Source: Thermoanaerobaculia bacterium | Lineage (GTDB): Bacteria; Acidobacteriota; Thermoanaerobaculia; Multivoradales; UBA5704 | Length of the DNA stretch: 64,000 nucleotides | Direction: 5' to 3' | Assembly (NCBI GenBank): GCA_044226625.1 | Contig: JBGAGQ010000005.1 | Location: 96,001-160,000 of the forward strand | Shown here: piece after piece, positions 19,180 to 26,752 of the stretch | Layout of the letters: the number at the start of each line of letters is the position of its first letter | Numbering within the stretch: the first letter of the stretch is position 1 | The notes under the pieces: generated by a model | The model's database searches: none | The model's input: only the letters and a program-made list of their open reading frames with translations | Told to the model about the DNA's origin: nothing | Translations under genes and position numbers: made by a program

Positions 19180-19776
19180 TCATCTCGCCGCACAGATAAC
19201 ATCTGTATTCAGGACTGATGCCTGCTTTTCCGGTTGCGGAAGATCGCTCGCCTTCTTTCCGCGTAAACGTTCCTGCCAAAGTTGCTCGAGAGTCTTAAGT
19301 CCAAAGAGGCTACCAAAATCCATTTTAACCTTTATCCTAACCAATTTTTCCTTCTCGAAAAGGAGCACCTCGGATTCATCGAGGTCAATCTCAACATTAT
19401 TCTTCCTGAGCTGATCCAGGTATGAACTCCAGAGAACCTCTGAGTCTCCCCCTACCAGCAGCACGCGGCGGCCGCGGCCGGCTTCCCCACTATTTCGACG
19501 GAGTATCGCTCTCAAATCACATGGACGTGCCGGGGCGCCGCAGAGCCCATTCGCCGGAGGTTTACCATCTGGGCATAGCTGTATCTGCCTGCAAGGTGGC
19601 CCTTCCGGGCCATTCGGCTGTCCATTTGGACAGACCTCAGGCCACTCGCACTTTCTCCCGCCGAAGACCATTCCCGGGGGACAAACTTGGCTCCCAAGGC
19701 CTGGGCGAAGCGGAAAGCTTAATGCGAGCAAAAATAGACTTAAGAAACCTTGTGCTTTCACTTGGACCCTCCCCAC
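19180..19776 (-). CDS. Secreted Cys/Pro-rich hypothetical protein (CPxG repeats)
   Basis: Signal-like N-terminus, then CPPG..C, CPNG..C, CPDG..C repeats; 9 nt from the upstream gene. Start may be GTG at 19761. Confidence 0.55.
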   Translation of the reverse strand: MGRVQVKAQGFLSLFLLALSFPLRPGLGSQVCPPGMVFGGRKCEWPEVCPNGQPNGPEGPPCRQIQLCPDGKPPANGLCGAPARPCDLRAILRRNSGEAGRGRRVLLVGGDSEVLWSSYLDQLRKNNVEIDLDESEVLLFEKEKLVRIKVKMDFGSLFGLKTLEQLWQERLRGKKASDLPQPEKQASVLNTDVICAAR

Positions 19777-19785
19777 CCTAGGGGT

Positions 19786-20559
19786 TTAAATATTATCTAC
19801 GGCGTCTTTGTACGCTTCCAGTGCTCCAATGTAAATTTTCTCCCAAAGTCCCTCTTTCGACGCCTTCCTGAATCTATCCACTGAAACCCAAATCTGAGCG
19901 CGAAACATTTCATTGTTCAGCGCCTTCCATCTGGTAGAATAGTACAAATAAAGAGCTTCGCTTACAATAACTGCCAATGCTAGAACCAGCGGTAGAACCA
20001 CGGCGCCTTGCCACTGGCTTCCCGCCGCGAATGCCCTCCAGGCAATTAATAGACTGACTATGGTCGTTCCCGCTCCAATTGAAAGCAATGACCTCCGAGC
20101 TTCTTTGTTACCACAGAGGAGATCGCCGAATCCGTGGCCAACGAAATACGCGCCGGCTGCCAGCAAGAGTCCGACCAGGATAAGGAGAATGTTGCCCAGT
20201 CCAAACAGCCATTGGAGGAAGAAAACACCAGCCTCAGCAGACATGAGCATCCATTTAAAGAGATTCAGGGTGATGATGAGAGCTCTGGGCGGAGCATCGC
20301 GGCCGAAGTCTCCGCGATTAGCGGCCAAAAGCACTTCCGGATCGACAATCACCTCATTGCCAAAAATGGCATCAATCTCAGCAGGCAATGCCAAACCTGC
20401 AGATTGGGCCTCTTGGAACGATCGGAACTTACTATAGTTACTTCCGGCTCGAGATCTTAGCCAAGCGGTAACCCGATCGAGCTCCGTGTCCCAAGCGGCA
20501 CCGATATCCCAACGCTTCGCGGGTGGTATGTCAGCAGCGCTTATTCTCTTTAGGTCCAT
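19786..20559 (-). CDS. Hypothetical membrane protein (about 4 TM)
   Basis: 257-aa ORF with four hydrophobic segments, tightly packed in the operon. Confidence 0.7.
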   Translation of the reverse strand: MDLKRISAADIPPAKRWDIGAAWDTELDRVTAWLRSRAGSNYSKFRSFQEAQSAGLALPAEIDAIFGNEVIVDPEVLLAANRGDFGRDAPPRALIITLNLFKWMLMSAEAGVFFLQWLFGLGNILLILVGLLLAAGAYFVGHGFGDLLCGNKEARRSLLSIGAGTTIVSLLIAWRAFAAGSQWQGAVVLPLVLALAVIVSEALYLYYSTRWKALNNEMFRAQIWVSVDRFRKASKEGLWEKIYIGALEAYKDAVDNI

Positions 20560-20580
20560 TGCTGAATCCTTGTGAAGGTT

Positions 20581-21207
20581 TTACACTTTGCCCTTGCAGG
20601 GGAATACGAACACGTGGACGGATTGGTTGAGAATGAGTTCATCATTTCGGTAATCAACAGAGGGAATCCTGACGAATGCGGCGTCGCTCGTAGTAAATTG
20701 TTGAATAGTTTTTCCGAACCAAGCGCCTCTAAATCGATGGCATGGCAGGCCAAGACCTTTTAGGTAGTCCATGATGGCCTTCATGCGATCTCTGGACAAT
20801 CCTACATTTTGATCGTATGTGCCTGTGATGCTGGCGCGACCCAGTACATAGATTATTGAGTCCTCGGGGTCATTCATATAGCGAAGTGAGGCAAGTTGAT
20901 CCTTCTTGCTAGTGTTCCAGTCAAATACCGACGCCAGTGAACTCTGATTGCTCGGGAAAAACAGATGAATAGATTGGATGTCCCTATCTAGGAACGCCTT
21001 AAGTAGGGCACCTTTATCAACGCGGGAATTGAGTTCGGAAAGCCTTGAGAAATCGCAGTATAGGTCGGTGCATGCACCATCGATAATTCGGATCGCGGTT
21101 AGCAGTGCTGTGTTCGAGCAGACGCTGGGTTCAACTCCATGTGAAGTTTTTGCGAACAATACGATCGAAAAGAGGAATGACGCCAGGCTGATTCGATGAA
21201 CGCGCAT
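20581..21207 (-). CDS. Exported OmpA-like (peptidoglycan-binding) domain protein
   Basis: Signal peptide; F..NQSSL, V.GRAS..G....N..LS..R...I..YL...G and WFGK pattern of OmpA_C; GAGG SD. Confidence 0.7.
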   Translation of the reverse strand: MRVHRISLASFLFSIVLFAKTSHGVEPSVCSNTALLTAIRIIDGACTDLYCDFSRLSELNSRVDKGALLKAFLDRDIQSIHLFFPSNQSSLASVFDWNTSKKDQLASLRYMNDPEDSIIYVLGRASITGTYDQNVGLSRDRMKAIMDYLKGLGLPCHRFRGAWFGKTIQQFTTSDAAFVRIPSVDYRNDELILNQSVHVFVFPCKGKV

Positions 21208-21217
21208 GGTAATCGCC

Positions 21218-22009
21218 TCAGTGTGAGTCTGATAAGACCTTATCTTTGTCCGATAGGTCGATAAGGTTCAGTATGGCTAGAAGTAGCTGGGGGTCCGAAA
21301 ACGGATCTAGGGCTGGGCCCTTGTCGCTGGTGGTTCGTTGAATTACACGGCCGTGATAAAGAAGCGCTGGGGGCGAGATGCCGTTCGATGACAGTAGAGC
21401 CCATTGATCGGTCAACCGGTAGCGGCTACTCTCATTGCCCGCTTCTTCGGGTGATAGGGGGAATCCTCGGACATGCTTGAGAAAAAGGATGGGGTCTGTC
21501 GATCGTGTAGATTCAACGGCTGTCAGGAAGGGGTCGGGTGTTTGGCTCTGGGGAGCGCTCGATGGCGCTAGTGCAATGCACACTTTCGGCAAACAATTTC
21601 TGCAGTTCTTGTCAGCAGCGAGAATAAAGTCAAGTACAAGTTGACACGAGTCGCATCGGGGATCGACCAGAAGCGCCATGCTGTCAGGTCCCGAACCCGC
21701 GATCGCCGGCGGATACAAGAAAATGTCGGACACTAAGTCAGTGCGCTTGGTTGATGCTAAGTGTTCGAGTAGTTCAATTGTGCTGCAGGTTTCGGTGTCA
21801 GAATATGATCTTGATGCAAGTAGCCGGCGAACCGAAAGCATTATGAATTCATATTTCAGCGGATCGTGTTGCCGTGCCGTGGCCATGATGATGCTGCAGG
21901 TAGTTACTGCTTCATTTTCGGGTGCAGCGAACACTCGGGCGTTAGGGTAGAGCAACATCGATAGTAGAGTAATCATTGATGGGAGATGGAAGGATATTTT
22001 GAAGTTCAT
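21218..22009 (-). CDS. Exported divergent thioredoxin-fold (DsbA/DsbC-like) protein
   Basis: Signal peptide; LLVDPRCDSC (compare DsbC FTDxxCxYC), a second CRNC, and GISPPALLYHG cis-Pro-like loop. Confidence 0.5.
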   Translation of the reverse strand: MNFKISFHLPSMITLLSMLLYPNARVFAAPENEAVTTCSIIMATARQHDPLKYEFIMLSVRRLLASRSYSDTETCSTIELLEHLASTKRTDLVSDIFLYPPAIAGSGPDSMALLVDPRCDSCQLVLDFILAADKNCRNCLPKVCIALAPSSAPQSQTPDPFLTAVESTRSTDPILFLKHVRGFPLSPEEAGNESSRYRLTDQWALLSSNGISPPALLYHGRVIQRTTSDKGPALDPFSDPQLLLAILNLIDLSDKDKVLSDSH

Positions 22010-23142
22010 TGTATGCCCCTAAGCATATTCTCGAATTCAGCGCGCCTTTCGATGTTATCTATAGAGCCGATAATGCTGTTGGTCAGCAGGCCCCTTCGAT
22101 CGAAGACAGCTAACGCAGGATAGACGGAGTCATGTCGGCTAAATAGCTGTCGGAAGATCTCCGGTGCTGCTACCAGGTACTGTGCTTCAAGGCTATTGGC
22201 CTGTGCCTTTTCACGATAGAAGGCGAGGAGATTGGGAGTTCTTGCGGCCAGGGTCTCCTCAGCTATTCCGACAAATAGGATGCCGGGGTAGGCTTTTTGG
22301 AGAGCCCCAAGTGTCGGAAGCTCGGCAATGCATGGTGCACACCAGGACGCCCAGAAATACAGAACGACTGGGCGGGATGAGGTCTTCAAATGACTGGCTA
22401 ACCAGGAGCGTTGAAGGTCGACTGTGCTTGAGGGATTCTCAAGCGTGCTGACTGCGCCGCGCAAACTACGGAAAGCGATAGAGCTTCCGTTGGGAGTAGT
22501 GATATCAGCCCTCGTCGGCGAAGTGGCATGGGTATTCGGTGGGGTGGGCTTAATCGGAGTCTTTGGCGGATTGGATGCTGTGTCTTTGGGAATTGGCGGC
22601 AGCTTGGGAGGAGCCTGAGAAAGGGAGCTATTGTGAAAGATTAGTTCATAGGACCGAGCCGTATTCACGACTACGTCAGGTGTCGCGGCTAGGTAGGTAA
22701 AGGGATCCCACCAAATGAGGTCGCAGGAAGAAGAGAAGATGTAGGCTCCGGGTGGTAAGACTTGATCATCTACCGATAGAGGTTGATCCGAGTAGATTGC
22801 AGGGAACCCTTGATCGAATTCAAGCATCGCAGATTCGGTGGTGAAGACGGCGAGGCATAGGGTGCCGGATGCTTTGCATAGCTGAGGGTATCGGGTTAGT
22901 GCTTCTCCTTTTGGGTCAAGCAAGAGAAGTCTCAAGCCCTGGACCTCAGAAGTAAAAACTCGAGCCGTGGCGTTTTGGTCGAAACGACGGAAGAGCTCGA
23001 GGTCTCGAAAGCAAATCTTGGAATCACCTTCGAGTACTGGGAAGCGCCCCAGCGAAGACCTTTGAAAATTCTCGCTAGGTGGGGAGTTGGATAGAAGTAT
23101 GGCCACCGGAATTCCAAGCAGGCCGCCAATAATTGCGCCCAT
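22006..23142 (-). CDS. TlpA/ResA-family thiol-disulfide oxidoreductase with N-terminal extension and Pro-rich linker
   Basis: VVLYFWASWCAPCIAELP and YPALAVFDRRG motifs; N-terminal hydrophobic anchor; GGGGGA SD before ATG 23142. Confidence 0.8.
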   Translation of the reverse strand: MGAIIGGLLGIPVAILLSNSPPSENFQRSSLGRFPVLEGDSKICFRDLELFRRFDQNATARVFTSEVQGLRLLLLDPKGEALTRYPQLCKASGTLCLAVFTTESAMLEFDQGFPAIYSDQPLSVDDQVLPPGAYIFSSSCDLIWWDPFTYLAATPDVVVNTARSYELIFHNSSLSQAPPKLPPIPKDTASNPPKTPIKPTPPNTHATSPTRADITTPNGSSIAFRSLRGAVSTLENPSSTVDLQRSWLASHLKTSSRPVVLYFWASWCAPCIAELPTLGALQKAYPGILFVGIAEETLAARTPNLLAFYREKAQANSLEAQYLVAAPEIFRQLFSRHDSVYPALAVFDRRGLLTNSIIGSIDNIERRAEFENMLRGIQ

Positions 23143-23216
23143 GGTCGTTCCCCCTTGCAAGTTCATCTGTGGCAAAGCGGTGGGTTATGCCGTGTCGAGC
23201 AAAGCGTTTGGTAATT

Positions 23217-23245
23217 ATAGTAATGGCAGCAAGATTCGAAGTCAA
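23217..23245 (-). promoter_or_regulatory. Sigma70-type promoter of the island operon
   Basis: Minus strand TTGACT (23245-23240), 17-nt spacer, TACTAT (23222-23217); an overlapping TATAAT lies at 23219-23214. Confidence 0.65.
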
Positions 23246-23550
23246 GGGCTGCGTAAATATGTCGTGCGAAATGCAGTCGTTCCGATGTAGTCCGTTTTAA
23301 CCGTGGGGCGCGGAGTTGCAGCCTCTTGGACATTCCTAGCTTTGAAGTCAAAAATCGCTAATCGGCGAGTTACCAGAAGTGAGACTGCCGCGCACCCACA
23401 AATGGCGTGAGGTAGACTTTGACGCGCACTCAGGTGGTGACAGTCACTATTCGTCTGCCACGGATCCCCTCCTAGCTCAATACGCGATGAATCGTGGCTC
23501 TGAGGGTCAACGAGCCCGAGACGACTTGTCGCCGGTGCCGGTGGACGCCG

Positions 23551-23599
23551 ACGTATCCTCTAGGATACGTTTGAGAAGTCGGCTGGGACCGAAGCCGAC
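23551..23599. terminator. Two hairpins downstream of the radical SAM gene
   Basis: acgtatcct-ct-aggatacgt (23551-23570) and gtcggct-N8-agccgac (23578-23599). Confidence 0.4.
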
Positions 23600-23615
23600 G
23601 ACGCTTTCCTCCCCT

Positions 23616-24908
23616 CTACGCCACCCGCCCCCACCCGACCGTGCGCATGACGCTCGCGGCTTCGGCTTTCGCCGCGAGCTTCCGCTCGAACCGGCCGGCG
23701 AAGACTTTCGCCATCGCCTTGAGCTTCAGGTTCTGCCAGGGGAACTTGCGGGTGGAAAGGGTCCTGCATTCCTCGGGGAGCATGACGAGGCTTACGTGGA
23801 CATTCGGGGCGCAGCCGATGGGGAGGCCTCGCTCCATGCAGGCTTCGTAGAGGCGGCGGAAGACGGGGATCATGTCTTCGGTCTGGGGCGGGGCGGCGTG
23901 CTGGAGGTCGGTGCCCTGGAGGGGACGGAAGACGCAGACGGTCGGGATGGCCCCGACGGAGGTGATCCAGTCGATCGCGGCGATCGAGGATTCGGGGGAT
24001 TCGAGGCCCGCGATGATCTCGCCGTTGGTCACCCAGGGCTCATCTTTCGGGCCGCGGTCCGCGAGGGCGGCGCAGTAGCGGACGGCGCGCAGGTAACGGT
24101 CCAGGCCGTAGGCGTCGTCTTTGCCGGGGCAGATGTCTTTGAAGATCTGCCGGTCGTAGATCTCGAAGCAGAAGGAAACCCGGTTGACGCCCATCTGCCG
24201 TAGCTGGTCGTAACGGGCGAGGTCGTGGTGGGGCGGCGTCTGGACGCCGACCAGGAGGCCGAATTCGGATTTGACGCGGCGAATGAGGGGCTCGAGGATG
24301 TCGAGATAGGTCTCGCCCGTGTAGTGGCCGGTGTTGAAATCGACGTAGGTGATCTTGGATTCCTCGCGCGCGGCGCGGATGACCTCCATCACTTCCTCGA
24401 TCGATTTCTCGTCGGCGTCGTCCATCCCGAGGTTCAGGCCCACCGAGCAGAACTTACAGTTGACCCTCTCGGGCTTCGCGGTCCAGTACTCGCAGACCTT
24501 CGCCTGATAGATGCCGAGGTAGGTCCCTTGGAGGGTGCCGATCCGGGTCATTGGCTTGCCCGTGGTGGTGGTCCGGTCGTACCAGTCGGGCCGCGGGGAG
24601 AGGCGGACCTCGGTCACTCTGTCGCCGTCGCGGTAAAGGACGTAGCTGCCGTTCTCGCGAAACAGGACGTACGGGGAGGCCTGGGCGAAGCTCTCGGAGA
24701 CCGGAACGTTGGTCCAGAGCTCGGCCGGTCCTCCCGACGGACCGTCGAGGATCACCTCCAGGCCGCTGCCGAGGCCGGCGCGGGTACGCATCACCTTACG
24801 GCCGCCATCCTCTTCGACCAGGCAGGAATCGTCGAGGCGGGTGCCTTTGCAATAGAGATCGAGCTTCAGCAGGGCCGGGTTCTTGCGGAGCTCTGCGATG
24901 GAAATCAT
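23616..24908 (-). CDS. Radical SAM protein (MSMEG_0568-like, atypical Cx11Cx2C)
   Basis: CEYWTAKPERVNCKFC, RAGLGSG..SPY N-terminus, ICPGK, IIAGLE, FRPL.GT; GGAGG SD before ATG 24908. Confidence 0.8.
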   Translation of the reverse strand: MISIAELRKNPALLKLDLYCKGTRLDDSCLVEEDGGRKVMRTRAGLGSGLEVILDGPSGGPAELWTNVPVSESFAQASPYVLFRENGSYVLYRDGDRVTEVRLSPRPDWYDRTTTTGKPMTRIGTLQGTYLGIYQAKVCEYWTAKPERVNCKFCSVGLNLGMDDADEKSIEEVMEVIRAAREESKITYVDFNTGHYTGETYLDILEPLIRRVKSEFGLLVGVQTPPHHDLARYDQLRQMGVNRVSFCFEIYDRQIFKDICPGKDDAYGLDRYLRAVRYCAALADRGPKDEPWVTNGEIIAGLESPESSIAAIDWITSVGAIPTVCVFRPLQGTDLQHAAPPQTEDMIPVFRRLYEACMERGLPIGCAPNVHVSLVMLPEECRTLSTRKFPWQNLKLKAMAKVFAGRFERKLAAKAEAASVMRTVGWGRVA

Positions 24909-25112
24909 GGGATGTCCCTCCGATACAACGGATTCCACCCCGGCCGGGGATGAGACGCACCACCCCCCGGAGGTGCCGGCAGGCCGCCCCTTCGGGTGGG
25001 AGCGGCCCGAAATCCGAGTGCAAACTCTTGGATACAGCTTAAAGAAATTTGTCCCTGAAAAGCTCCGGGGCTCACCTCATTTGAGTAGGGCTCGAGCCCG
25101 AAAGGAGGGACG

Positions 25113-26690
25113 ATGGCCAAGACGATCGTGATCGTCGGGGGCGGAACCGCCGGCTGGATGACCGCTTCGTATCTGAAAAAGGCGCTCCCCAAAGTCGACG
25201 TGACCCTGATCGAGTCGGGAAACGTCGGCACGATCGGGGTGGGCGAAGCGACGTTCTCGACGGTCAAGCTGTTCTTCGATTTCCTCGGCCTCGACGAGAG
25301 CCAGTGGATGCCGAGCTGCAACGCGACCTACAAGATGGCGATCCGCTTCGCCGGCTGGCGCGCCGACGGCGGGCACTTCTACCACCCGTTTCAGCGCTAC
25401 GAGGTGGTCGACGGGTTCAACCTGGGTGACTGGTGGCTCCGGTTGAAGCGCCACGAGGAACCGTTCGACTACTCGTGCTTCATGACGCCGGCCCTCTGCG
25501 ATGCGCAGCGCTCGCCGCGGTTCCTCGACGGCCGGGTTTACGACGATCAGGTGCAGGATTACTTCCTGGGCGAGGTGGGGGGGCACAACAACATCATTCT
25601 GGATCACAAAGTCCAGTACCCGTACGCCTATCATTTCGACGCCGGACTGCTCGCCCAGTTCCTCAAGGACTATGCGATGGCGCGGGGAGTCCATCGGGTG
25701 GTGGACGACGTCGCCGACGTCGTCCGGGACGAGAAGGGCTGGATCGATCATCTCGTGACCCGCCAGGGAGGCGACCTCTCCGCCGACCTGTTCGTCGACT
25801 GCACCGGCTTCCGAGGCCTCCTGATCAATCAGGCACTGGGGGAGAGGTTCATCTCGTTCGGAGAATCTCTGCTGTGCGATCGGGCGATCGCGCTGCAAGT
25901 TCCGCGCGACATCAAGACGCACGGGATCGACCCGTTCACCTCGGCGACGGCGCTGTCGGCCGGCTGGGTTTGGAACATCCCGCTCTACGGCCGCGTCGGT
26001 ACGGGCTACGTCTATTCGAGCGCCTTCATCTCGCCCGAAGAGGCAGAGCGGGAGTTCCGCGCCCACGTGGGGCCGGCCGCAGCGAACCTGCCCGCCAACC
26101 ACATCAAAATGCGGATCGGCCGCAATACCAATTCGTGGGTCGGCAACTGCGTCGCGATCGGCCTTTCGAGCGGCTTCGTCGAACCGCTCGAATCGACCGG
26201 CATCTTCTTCATCCAGAACGGCATCGAGGAGCTGGTGAACCACTTCCCGAGCCATGAGATCGACCAGGCGACGGTGCGCAGCTACAACCGCGTGATCGGG
26301 GAGTGCATCGACGGTGTGCGCGATTTCCTCACCTTGCACTATTGCGCCAGCGACCGGGCGGACAACGACTTCTGGCGCGCCACGAAGCAGGTGCGGCCGT
26401 CGGAGTATCTCGCCGAACGTCTGGAGCTCTGGCGTCACCGGCTGCCGAACGCGCGCAGCATCCCGCAGAGCTTCCACGGCTTCGAGGCCTACTCCTACTC
26501 GGTGATGCTGCTGGGTCTCAACTATCGTCCCTCGTCGAGCCTTCCGGCGCTCGATCAGGTCCCCGCGGGCAACGCCCTCCGCGCCTTTTCCGCGTTGCGA
26601 GAGCGGACACGGAAGCTGGTGGAAACCCTTCCGTCGCAGATCGAGTACCTGACCTCCGTCCGCGAGCAGGTGGGAGCGGCGGTCGCTTGA
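25113..26690 (+). CDS. Flavin-dependent tryptophan halogenase (PyrH/SttH-like)
   Basis: GGGTAG, IGVGEATFSTV..FFD.LGLDE..W, catalytic Lys in ATYKMAIRF, WVWNIP, SGFVEPLESTG; GGAGG SD. Confidence 0.93.
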   Translation: MAKTIVIVGGGTAGWMTASYLKKALPKVDVTLIESGNVGTIGVGEATFSTVKLFFDFLGLDESQWMPSCNATYKMAIRFAGWRADGGHFYHPFQRYEVVDGFNLGDWWLRLKRHEEPFDYSCFMTPALCDAQRSPRFLDGRVYDDQVQDYFLGEVGGHNNIILDHKVQYPYAYHFDAGLLAQFLKDYAMARGVHRVVDDVADVVRDEKGWIDHLVTRQGGDLSADLFVDCTGFRGLLINQALGERFISFGESLLCDRAIALQVPRDIKTHGIDPFTSATALSAGWVWNIPLYGRVGTGYVYSSAFISPEEAEREFRAHVGPAAANLPANHIKMRIGRNTNSWVGNCVAIGLSSGFVEPLESTGIFFIQNGIEELVNHFPSHEIDQATVRSYNRVIGECIDGVRDFLTLHYCASDRADNDFWRATKQVRPSEYLAERLELWRHRLPNARSIPQSFHGFEAYSYSVMLLGLNYRPSSSLPALDQVPAGNALRAFSALRERTRKLVETLPSQIEYLTSVREQVGAAVA

Positions 26691-26700
26691 ACTAGGATTT

Positions 26701-26730
26701 CCTCGGGGCGGAGATCTCTCCGCCCCGAGG
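26701..26730. terminator. Perfect 14-bp inverted repeat between convergent genes
   Basis: cctcggggcggaga-tc-tctccgccccgagg. Confidence 0.65.
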
Positions 26731-26752
26731 GTGCACCGGCTCGATCGCAGCC

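Larger units (their letters stand above)
19133..23400. mobile_element. Low-GC genomic islet (probably horizontally acquired), five co-oriented genes, no integrase seen
   Basis: Abrupt change to AT-richer sequence with A/T-ending codons between the arnT 3' end and about 23.4 kb; boundaries are approximate. Confidence 0.7.

Noticed and set aside
19180-21207. Island as a myxobacterial TraAB kin-recognition locus
   Set aside because: Cys-rich and OmpA-like proteins are present, but there is no PA14 domain, MYXO-CTERM or TraB beta-barrel, and the proteins are much smaller.
23163-23615. Small ORFs as RiPP precursors for the radical SAM enzyme or halogenase
   Set aside because: No convincing SD, leader/core pattern or SPASM/RRE domain, and the region contains the island promoter.
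24940-25110. Possible riboswitch (c-di-GMP-I-like GCAAAC) upstream of the halogenase
   Set aside because: Hairpins are present, but the GAAA tetraloop/receptor and GCAAAG elements are not; not supportable by eye.
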